Source: Gemmatimonadaceae bacterium (lineage in GTDB: Bacteria; Gemmatimonadota; Gemmatimonadetes; Gemmatimonadales; Gemmatimonadaceae). From it: a DNA stretch of 24,000 nt. Both the position numbers and the translations under genes were made by a program. Location of the stretch: contig DATFBY010000094.1 of the NCBI GenBank assembly GCA_035253585.1, forward strand, positions 1 to 24,000, in the 5' to 3' direction. The notes under the pieces are model-generated. The model was not told where the DNA came from and searched no databases. It was given only the letters and a program-made list of their open reading frames with translations. Shown here piece by piece: positions 1-7,309 of the stretch; within the stretch, counting starts at the first letter, position 1; the number at the start of each line of letters is the position of its first letter.

Positions 1-1463
1 ACCGCTCGCGGCTGTGGACCATGCGCCAGTACGCGGGCTTCGGTACGGCGGCGGAGACGAACGCGCGGTTCAAGCTGCTCCTCGACGCCGGGCAGACCGG
101 CCTCTCGGTCGCGTTCGACCTGCCGACGCAGATGGGGATAGACTCGGACTCGCCGCGGGCGCTCGGCGAGGTGGGGCGCGTCGGCGTGGCGATCGACTCG
201 GTCGAGGACATGCACGCACTGCTCGATGGGATTCCGCTCGACAAGGTCTCGACGTCGATGACGATCAACGCGACGGCGTCGACGCTGCTCGCGATGTACA
301 TCGTGGTGGCGGAGGAGCGCGGCATTCCGCGCGCCAAGCTCAGCGGGACGATCCAGAACGACATTCTCAAGGAGTACATCGCGCGCGGAACCTACATCTA
401 TCCGCCCGGCCCGAGCCTAGCGCTCATCGCGGACATCTTTCGCTTCGCGGCGGCCGAGGTGCCGCAGTGGAATCCCATTTCGATTTCGGGCTATCACATT
501 CGTGAAGCTGGCGCGACCGCGGTGCAGGAGCTGGCGTTCACCTTCGCCAACACAATCGAGTACGTCTCGCGCGCGCTAAAGGCTGGGCTATCCATTGACT
601 CGTTCGCTCCGAGACTTTCGTTTTTCTTTGCTGCTCACAGTGATCTGTTCGAGGAGGTGGCCAAGTTCCGCGCGGCGCGGCGGATCTACGCGCGCATCAT
701 GCGGGAACGTTTCGGTGCATCGGATGCAGGCGCCAAATTGCGCTTCCACACGCAAACGGGTGGCGTCACTCTTACAGCGCAGCAGCCGATGAACAATGTG
801 GTTCGCGTCGCGGTCCAGGCACTCGCCGCCGTGCTCGGCGGCACCCAGTCGCTGCATACCAACGGCTACGACGAAGCGCTCGCCTTGCCCACCAGCGAGG
901 CGGCAATGCTCGCTCTCCGAACCCAACAAGTGGTCGCTTTCGAGACCGGCGTCACCGCCACCGTCGACCCGCTGGCCGGCAGCTACTACGTCGAGCGCCT
1001 AACGAGTGAGCTCGAGGGGCGGTCGATGGCGCTCATCGAACGGGTCGACGAGCTGGGCGGTGCGGCGCAGGCACTCGAGAGTGGATTCGTACAGGAGGAG
1101 ATCGCCCGAAGCGCCTACGAGCAGCAAATGGCGGTCGAGCGGGGTGAGCGGGTCATCGTCGGCGTCAACAAGTTCGAGGACGGCCGCGAGCCGCCGATCA
1201 TCCCGCAGCCTGATTATTCGGCCCTCGAACGGGACCAGATTGTGCGGTTGTCGCGCACGCGCGATGGGCGCGACGAGGCGGTACTCCGGCGCGCGCTGGC
1301 TCGCGTTCGGGAAGCCGCAAGAGCGTACGCCAGCGATAAAGGCGCGGCGCAGCGGCCGCCCCTGGTTCCGCTCATCGTCGATGCCGTTCGGGCGCGCGCA
1401 TCGGTGGGCGAAATCAGCGACACGTTGAGCGTCGTGTGGGGGCGACATCGTCCGCGTGCCTGA
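1..1463 (+). CDS. Methylmalonyl-CoA mutase family, catalytic (large/N-terminal) subunit; 5' end lies outside the window
   Basis: The frame is open from nt 3 (..[45 protein letters not shown]..). This is the characteristic mutase substrate-barrel sequence. The product ends at TGA 1461-1463 without a B12-binding domain, so it is a split-type large subunit. Confidence 0.9.
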   Translation, partial: RSRLWTMRQYAGFGTAAETNARFKLLLDAGQTGLSVAFDLPTQMGIDSDSPRALGEVGRVGVAIDSVEDMHALLDGIPLDKVSTSMTINATASTLLAMYIVVAEERGIPRAKLSGTIQNDILKEYIARGTYIYPPGPSLALIADIFRFAAAEVPQWNPISISGYHIREAGATAVQELAFTFANTIEYVSRALKAGLSIDSFAPRLSFFFAAHSDLFEEVAKFRAARRIYARIMRERFGASDAGAKLRFHTQTGGVTLTAQQPMNNVVRVAVQALAAVLGGTQSLHTNGYDEALALPTSEAAMLALRTQQVVAFETGVTATVDPLAGSYYVERLTSELEGRSMALIERVDELGGAAQALESGFVQEEIARSAYEQQMAVERGERVIVGVNKFEDGREPPIIPQPDYSALERDQIVRLSRTRDGRDEAVLRRALARVREAARAYASDKGAAQRPPLVPLIVDAVRARASVGEISDTLSVVWGRHRPRA

Positions 1464-1530
1464 CTGCCGCTAGCTTATGCCGGTCTACGTCGGTAAGCTG
1501 ACTAGGCACGTCTGAATCGCACGTTGGGGC

Positions 1531-1551
1531 GAGGCGGTTCGATCCGCCTTC
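1531..1551 (+). terminator. Small GC hairpin downstream of the mutase gene (possible weak terminator)
   Basis: GAGGCGG-TTCGAT-CCGCCTTC, a 6-7 bp stem with no clean U-tract after it. A second hairpin, AGCTTA(tg)CCG-gtctacgt-CGGTAAGCT, lies at 1472-1499. Confidence 0.25.
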
Positions 1552-1576
1552 CAATTGTCTAGCACAGACACCCTGT

Positions 1577-3442
1577 ATGGCGATCGATCTGGCTAAAGCC
1601 ATTGGCGAAGTCGAGGAGCGTTTGACCGCGCTCCGATTCCGCGCCTCCGGTGTCGATGTCCGCCCGGAATCCATGCTCGACGAAGTCGCGCAGCTCGTGT
1701 ACGAGGCGCGCACACTCCTCAAGCGCATCGCCAAGGTCGGTGCCACGACCGCTGTCGCGGTCGACCACCACGCCGAAGCTACGCCGCCAAGCGTCGAAGA
1801 CGACAGCTGGAGCGAGCTGCTGAGAGAGCCGTACTTTCGCACCGACGAGCACGGCATCGTCACCGCCGTGAATTCGATCGCGTGCGAGGCGATCAAGCTT
1901 CCGAACTACTTCGTTCTCGGCCGCCCGCTTTCGATGTTCATCACGATGGAATCGCGGCAAGCGATCCGAGCGCAGCTTATTCGGCTCTCGACGGTCGAGC
2001 GGGTCGACGGCGTTCACGTGAGTCTGCGCCGCCCCGCCGGCGGGCCGCTCGAGGGGAGTTTCTCAGCAGCGGCTCTTTTCCGCGACGGCATCTACGCCGG
2101 CGCGCGGTGGCTCTTCTATCCAACCGTCGAGCAGGAGGCCGCCGGCTCCTTTCCCGCAATTCCGCTTCCTGGAGAGAACGGTTCGAGACGCACCGCCTTT
2201 TTGGCGATGGCCAGCGGTATCATGTCCCGATCGTTGGACTATGAGGAAACGCTGGCCGCGTTCGCTACGATTTCGCTCCCGATGCTGGGCGATTGGTGCA
2301 TCGTCGACGTCATCAGCGAGAGTGGACACGTCCGTCGCGCGACGGTGACCTGCGCGCCTACCGAGCCGTTGGCCTCACGCATTCCACTCGTGTCTCGCGC
2401 TCCGCGCCTCGACACCGATCGCACCGCCATTGCCGAAGTACTGTCCGGCGGGCAGCCGCAAATCGTCCGCCCGGGAGCGACGGGCTTGGCCGCGTTGCTG
2501 GCAGCGACAAATGAGGAGCTAGAGCTCTTCATGGAGCTAGGCGTGACCTCAGCGCTCATCGTCCCGCTCACGGCACGCGGACAGACGCTGGGAGCCGTGA
2601 CCTTTCTGTTTGCGAGCTCACACCGACGGCACGGGCCCGCCGACTTAGCGCTGGCTCGAGAGCTCGCCGCGCGCGTCGCCATCTCGGCCGACAACGCACG
2701 ACTTTATCGCGAGGCGCAGAAAGCGAATCAGGCGAAATCCGATTTCCTGGCGGCGATGTCTCACGAGCTACGAACGCCCCTCACCGCCGTGATCGGCTAC
2801 ACCGAGATTCTTCAGGACGAGATCGTCGGCTCGCTGGCGCCAATTCAGAAAGAGCAGCTCTCGAGAATTCGTGCGAGCAGTGAGCACCTATTGGTATTGG
2901 TCGAGGAGATTCTCGCGTTCGCGCGGCTGGAGGCCGGCAGCGATCATCTGTCGTTGGAGCCGATTCGGGTGCAGGTGCCGGTCGACCAGGCCGTGACGCT
3001 GGTTGCCACTCAGGCGCGCGTGCGCCAGCTGTCAGTGGTCGTCGACGTCCCGGACGACACGCCGCCGTTCCTCGCTGATGCGGCGAAGGTTCGCCAGATA
3101 CTCGTTAACCTGATGGCCAACGCCGTGAAGTTCACTCAGGAGGGTGAGGTCGGTGTGCGCGTCCGCGCGACCGCCGAGTGGATGACGTTCACCGTATGGG
3201 ACACGGGCATCGGCATTTCGGCCGAGCACCTGAACCAGATCTTCGATCCCTTCTGGCAGGTCGATCAGAAAGCAACTCGCGCGTACGGCGGAAGTGGCCT
3301 TGGGCTCGCCGTCGTCAGGCGTCTGGCGCGGCTCATGGGCGGCGATGTCACCGTCAACTCCGAGCCGGGACAGGGAAGCCGCTTCACGGTGCGTCTTCCG
3401 CTGGCGGGCCCGCCTCCGCCGGTGGAGCGCGAGCTCAGGTAG
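1577..3442 (+). CDS. Soluble sensor histidine kinase: N-terminal helix, PAS-like, GAF, HisKA, HATPase_c; no receiver domain
   Basis: H-box SDFLAAMSHELRTPLTAVIGYTEIL. N-box QILVNLMANAVKF. G-boxes WDTGIGI and GGSGLGLAVVRRLARLMGG. GAF-like block ..LGDWCIVDV...ALIVPLTARGQTLGAVTF... No hydrophobic TM segments. Confidence 0.9.
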   Translation: MAIDLAKAIGEVEERLTALRFRASGVDVRPESMLDEVAQLVYEARTLLKRIAKVGATTAVAVDHHAEATPPSVEDDSWSELLREPYFRTDEHGIVTAVNSIACEAIKLPNYFVLGRPLSMFITMESRQAIRAQLIRLSTVERVDGVHVSLRRPAGGPLEGSFSAAALFRDGIYAGARWLFYPTVEQEAAGSFPAIPLPGENGSRRTAFLAMASGIMSRSLDYEETLAAFATISLPMLGDWCIVDVISESGHVRRATVTCAPTEPLASRIPLVSRAPRLDTDRTAIAEVLSGGQPQIVRPGATGLAALLAATNEELELFMELGVTSALIVPLTARGQTLGAVTFLFASSHRRHGPADLALARELAARVAISADNARLYREAQKANQAKSDFLAAMSHELRTPLTAVIGYTEILQDEIVGSLAPIQKEQLSRIRASSEHLLVLVEEILAFARLEAGSDHLSLEPIRVQVPVDQAVTLVATQARVRQLSVVVDVPDDTPPFLADAAKVRQILVNLMANAVKFTQEGEVGVRVRATAEWMTFTVWDTGIGISAEHLNQIFDPFWQVDQKATRAYGGSGLGLAVVRRLARLMGGDVTVNSEPGQGSRFTVRLPLAGPPPPVERELR

Positions 3443-5327
3443 TACGCTCGGGTTGTTGACCGTCGAGCTGTTCCATCGTGATGATGGCGCCGTCCACGGT
3501 GCCGCCGTCGTTGAGGAGCGGAAGCGTCGCCACTCTGCACGTCACCTGGCGCCCACGTCGGTTGATGCAGGGAATATCCGAATTGCCTGCGAACGACGCA
3601 TCGGCCAAGGCGTTTCGCAGCGGCTGCTTGAGCTGCTCCACGGGCAAGCCGACGTCGAGCGACAAGAGGTTTCGGCCTATCACTTCCTCGCGCCGCAGGC
3701 CCCAGAGGTCTTCGGCCCTGCTATTCCAGAGCAGCACGTCGAGCTCGCGGTCCACTACCACGACCCCGCCGCGCATGCTCCGGAGGATCGCCGCGAGCAT
3801 CGAGTTTGCCTGATTCAGCTCGTCGCTTCGTAGGCGGAGCTCATCGTTTATCGTCTGTAGCTCCTCGTTGGTAGAGTGCAGCTCCTCGTTCATCGTTTCG
3901 AGCTCTTCGTTGCTCGACTGTAGCTCTTCGTTGGTGGTCTCGAGCTCTTCCACGGTGGATTGCAACTCTTCATTCGTGGTTTCGAGCTCCTCATTGGTGG
4001 ACTGAAGCTCTTCGTAAGCGGCCTCCAGCTCCTGATTGGCGTGCTCCAGCTCTTGCTGCAGTCGCTTGAATCCCGTGACGTCCGAGAACGTGATCGATGC
4101 GCCGAGCAGCTTGCCGCCAGTCGTCAGCGGTGCGACGTACACATCGAACCAACGCATGTCGCCGCTGGCCACGGGCCATTCCACGGCGGAAATCGCCACA
4201 GCCCGGCCATCGCGATATGCCCGCTCCAACCGGGAGCGAAGCTCGAGTGGCTTGTACGATACCGTCAGGTCCTGAATCGGTCGACCGACGTCGTGCTGGG
4301 TAATGGAGAAGAGACTCCTCGAGCGTTCGTTCGCCAGCACCAGCACACCGTCGGCATCGACCACCAGCTGCGCGAGCGACGAGCTGTCGAAGGCGGCGTC
4401 GCGAACTTGCTCGCTGCCCCGCGCTTGAAAACCGTTGCCGGGGTTGTCCGCTTGCGCCATCAGCATGAAATGATCTCTCAAGTTGTGCTGACCCAGCTTC
4501 ATGGAGAGACGCCGCTTCAGATCGATGGGCGCAAAGAGGTCGCTGTGCGACAGCAATGTCTCGGCGCGGCCAAGGAACAGGACGCCGCCCTCCGAGAGTG
4601 CGAAATGAAAGCGGCCAAGGATTTTCGCCTGCACTTCGGCATTGAAGTACATGAGCGTGTTTCGACAGATGAGCACGTCGACACGTGAAATGGGCGCATC
4701 TTGAATGAGGTCGTGTCGGCCGAAGATGACCTGGCGCCGCATGTCCTTCTTGAAGACGTACTCGCCATTCACCGGATCGAAGTACTTTGCCCGCAACGTC
4801 GGCGGCACTGCCTCGACGTCGCGCTCGCTGTACACCGCCGCACGGGCTTTGTTGAGCGCGTTCTCATCTACGTCCGTAGCGTAGATCTTCACGCGATCCC
4901 GGAACTCCTGCGGCCCGAGCACCTCGGCAAGGATCATGGCGATTGAATACGCCTCCTCGCCCGATGCCGCGCCCGCGCTCCACACCCGGATGATCGACTG
5001 AGCCGGCCTGCGCTCGAGCAGCTGTGGCAGGACCTGGTGCTCGAGCAGCTGCCATGGCTCCGGATCGCGGAAAAATGACGTGACGTTGATCAGGACCGTA
5101 TCGAACAGCGCGGCGAACTCTTCCGGATGCACTTCGAGATAGTCCAGATATGCGCCGAAGTCCTGGACGCCGATCATCTGCATCCGCTTGCTGATGCGCC
5201 TGTGGAGCGTCGACCGCTTGTAGCCCGTGAAGTCGAACCCGCGAGTGCGCTTCAAGTACTGAAGAAGCGCCTCGAACTCGTGGTTGGTCTCTTGGCTCGA
5301 CATGGACACCTGCTTCCCGAGGCTCAC
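3435..5327 (-). CDS. CheR-type SAM-dependent protein-glutamate methyltransferase fused to PAS, an 84-aa heptad coiled coil and a second PAS
   Basis: CheR N-domain (FDFTGYKRSTLHRRISKRM). SAM-binding motifs (IRVWSAGAASGEEAYSIAMIL, ATDVDENAL, DVLICRNTLMYF). Two PAS-like blocks flank NEELQST-type repeats. The start is GTG 5327; the alternative ATG at 5303 (MSSQETNHEF) is equally plausible. Confidence 0.9.
   Translation of the reverse strand: MSLGKQVSMSSQETNHEFEALLQYLKRTRGFDFTGYKRSTLHRRISKRMQMIGVQDFGAYLDYLEVHPEEFAALFDTVLINVTSFFRDPEPWQLLEHQVLPQLLERRPAQSIIRVWSAGAASGEEAYSIAMILAEVLGPQEFRDRVKIYATDVDENALNKARAAVYSERDVEAVPPTLRAKYFDPVNGEYVFKKDMRRQVIFGRHDLIQDAPISRVDVLICRNTLMYFNAEVQAKILGRFHFALSEGGVLFLGRAETLLSHSDLFAPIDLKRRLSMKLGQHNLRDHFMLMAQADNPGNGFQARGSEQVRDAAFDSSSLAQLVVDADGVLVLANERSRSLFSITQHDVGRPIQDLTVSYKPLELRSRLERAYRDGRAVAISAVEWPVASGDMRWFDVYVAPLTTGGKLLGASITFSDVTGFKRLQQELEHANQELEAAYEELQSTNEELETTNEELQSTVEELETTNEELQSSNEELETMNEELHSTNEELQTINDELRLRSDELNQANSMLAAILRSMRGGVVVVDRELDVLLWNSRAEDLWGLRREEVIGRNLLSLDVGLPVEQLKQPLRNALADASFAGNSDIPCINRRGRQVTCRVATLPLLNDGGTVDGAIITMEQLDGQQPERTT
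3807..4058 (-). repeat. Coding 21-nt periodic tandem repeat giving 12 uninterrupted heptads (QQELEHA NQELEAA YEELQST NEELETT NEELQST VEELETT NEELQSS NEELETM NEELHST NEELQTI NDELRLR SDELNQA)
   Basis: On the + strand the hexamer ctcYtS (reverse complement of the xE-L codons) recurs exactly every 21 nt. Its positions are 3819, 3840, 3861, 3882, 3903, 3924, 3945, 3966, 3987, 4008, 4029 and 4050. Confidence 0.9.
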
Positions 5328-5403
5328 CTCGCGCCGCGCTGCGGCGTCAAGTCAAAGCTGCGAACGTCGCCGCAGTCGCACAAGGCACGTGCCCGCTGAG
5401 CGC

Positions 5404-6489
5404 TCAGAGATTCGAACCCGCGTTGGGTTCCATTCCATTGACGATCGCGGTCGCATCGCTGTGCAGCCGCGCGGGATCGCGCGCGATAGATCCGGCGCCG
5501 CGATCCTGGGAGAGCACCGCGCGGATCGTTTCGGCATTCTTATGCGCGACCTCCGCCTGCGCCGCGAATCGTTTGGCTCCGAGTGCATTACCACGGGCGC
5601 GCATTCGCTCGGCGACGCTAAGGGACAGCGACATATTTTCCTCGAGCGCGCGAAGGGCGGTCCACAACGCGGCATCCAGCGTCTCGCCCGTCCGATTCAT
5701 CAGCGCATCGGTCGACCACGCGTGCCCCACGCGACATCGGAAATGCACGATGTCTCCGTTCCGCAGCGCATAGAGCGCTCCGCCGCAGTCGGGACAGCCG
5801 TAGCCGGATGGGGTGCCGGGACGCACTGCCTGCGTGATCGCCTCCGAATCCATTTCAGCGATGTCGGCCTCCATTTCGAGCTCTTCATCTTCTTCGGTCA
5901 TCGGTGCTCCATTGACGGCGACAGGCTCGTGTGCGAGCCGAGTCAGCAGTGGTCCTAGGTCCTTGAGCCGGACGATGTGGTCGACACCGACGCGGTCTAT
6001 GGCGCTCTGCGGCATTCCGGAATAGATCGCCTCCACTGGGTCCTGCGCGATTGCAACACCACCGTAGCGCTTGATGGCAGCCAGTCCCACCGTGCCATCG
6101 TCGAGGTTCCCGGAAAGGACCACGCCGACTGTCCGTTCCCGGTACGCCACGGCGGCGGTTCGGAAAAGCGGATCCACGGCCGGACGAAATCCGCTCTCGC
6201 GCGGTCCGCGTGTGATGCGGACGTGGCCGCGCTTGACGAGTAGGTGATGATCGGGCGGAGCGACGTAGATCACGCCACGCTCGATGAGCTCGCGGTCGGT
6301 CGGATACCGAGCGTGCAGTGCGCTGCGGCGATCCAGAAGGCTGGCCAGGACGCTCGGGTTATCGGGAGGAACGTGCAGGACGACGAAGACCGCACCCGGG
6401 AAGTCAGCGGGAAGTTGTCGCACGACGTCGATCAGCATCTCGACTCCACCAGCGGAAGCGCCGATGCACACCACGTCCCGTCCGGCCAT
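5404..6489 (-). CDS. CheB-like protein-glutamate methylesterase catalytic domain (no REC) with acidic linker, C-terminal zinc ribbon and helical tail
   Basis: Ser/His/Asp triad context: VVCIGASAGG, VVLHVPP, LSGNLDDGT. C-terminal motif GYGCPDCGGALYALRNGDIVHFRCRVGHAWS. The ORF track starts at TTG 6546. I prefer ATG 6489 because GAGGTG (6495-6500, minus strand) sits 5 nt upstream. Confidence 0.85.
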   Translation of the reverse strand: MAGRDVVCIGASAGGVEMLIDVVRQLPADFPGAVFVVLHVPPDNPSVLASLLDRRSALHARYPTDRELIERGVIYVAPPDHHLLVKRGHVRITRGPRESGFRPAVDPLFRTAAVAYRERTVGVVLSGNLDDGTVGLAAIKRYGGVAIAQDPVEAIYSGMPQSAIDRVGVDHIVRLKDLGPLLTRLAHEPVAVNGAPMTEEDEELEMEADIAEMDSEAITQAVRPGTPSGYGCPDCGGALYALRNGDIVHFRCRVGHAWSTDALMNRTGETLDAALWTALRALEENMSLSLSVAERMRARGNALGAKRFAAQAEVAHKNAETIRAVLSQDRGAGSIARDPARLHSDATAIVNGMEPNAGSNL

Positions 6490-6582
6490 CTCGCCACCTC
6501 GCGACGTTTGCTTCGCGCACAACTCGAGCAAACGCTGGTTCCGCAAGGCCCGTGCTTGATTGCAGGGTGCTTGGCTACCTTC

Positions 6583-7185
6583 CTACGACGCTAGCTGGAC
6601 GAGTGCTCCGGCGATCTCACCCGAGGCGAGTACCTCGTCAGCGGCGCCGGCCGCGATTGCGGCCAGCGGCATGCTGGGGAATTGCGCGAGGCTCGGATCC
6701 TCGACGATCACGAAGCCCCCGGCATCGTGGATCGCTCGCGCACCCGTCGCGCCGTCGCGTCCGCTGCCGCTCAATACGATTGCGATCACGTTGCGTTTGA
6801 ACGCCCGGGCCGCGGACACGAAAAGGGGATCGGCGGCGGGGCGGACGTGGTGCTCGGGCGGCTCGTGCGTAAGTGCCATCGTGCCGTTGCGCCGAATGAC
6901 GACGTGATAGTTAGGCGGCGCGACGTAGACGATCCCTGCCTCGAGCGTCTCACCGTGCTCGGCACGCTTGACGCTGCGTTTGGATGCTCGCCGAAGCACG
7001 TCGGCCAACGCCGACGGCTCGGCGCGGCTCACGTGCAGGACGATGACGATCGGTGGCTGGAAGAGCGAAGGCAGAGCCCGCAGAATTCGAAGCAGCGTGG
7101 GGAAGCCGCCTGCGGAGGCCGCACAAACGACCGCGCGCGGCTTTCGTGCTCGAGCCGATTCGAGCATTGACGCCAACTCCGACAT
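6583..7185 (-). CDS. Minimal CheB-like methylesterase, catalytic domain only (about 200 aa, no REC)
   Basis: VVCAASAGG, IVLHVSR, LSGSGRDGATGARAIHDAGGFVIVEDP and VYVAPPNYH are all CheB_methylest hallmarks. The alternative start ATG 7167 is preceded by GGAG. Confidence 0.85.
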   Translation of the reverse strand: MSELASMLESARARKPRAVVCAASAGGFPTLLRILRALPSLFQPPIVIVLHVSRAEPSALADVLRRASKRSVKRAEHGETLEAGIVYVAPPNYHVVIRRNGTMALTHEPPEHHVRPAADPLFVSAARAFKRNVIAIVLSGSGRDGATGARAIHDAGGFVIVEDPSLAQFPSMPLAAIAAGAADEVLASGEIAGALVQLAS

Positions 7186-7273
7186 TCGAGAGCGCGCGCG
7201 AGAGAGGGGTCATCGATGTGGGCGCGCTCGAGGATCGCTCACGTCCTTGTACGGTGCACCAGCGCGCGGTAAA

Positions 7274-7302
7274 TTGCAAGCCTTTGCGAGATTCCTAAGT
7301 AT
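7274..7302 (+). promoter_or_regulatory. Candidate sigma70-like promoter for the zinc-ribbon/argS pair, possibly giving a leaderless mRNA
   Basis: TTGCAA (7274-7279), a 17-nt spacer, then AAGTAT (7297-7302). This is the only AT-rich patch in the 124-nt divergent spacer. The ATG at 7310 is 7-8 nt past the -10 element and has no Shine-Dalgarno. Confidence 0.3.
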
Positions 7303-7309
7303 CAACACG

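Noticed and set aside
1531-1551. GGCGGTTCGATCCGCC resembles a tRNA T-arm (GGTTCGAnnCC), suggesting a tRNA or tRNA-like element.
   Set aside because: The loop is 6 nt rather than 7 when the stem is paired. No complementary acceptor stem (ATTGGAA for the trailing TTCCAAT) and no anticodon or D arms can be built from the upstream 70 nt. It is treated as a simple hairpin.
3807-4058. 21-nt periodic DNA repeat considered as a non-coding satellite or a recombination or assembly artefact.
   Set aside because: It is in frame within a 630-aa ORF with intact flanking PAS domains. The units are degenerate at synonymous and solvent-position codons, while the E-E-L codons are kept. That pattern indicates selection at the protein (heptad) level.
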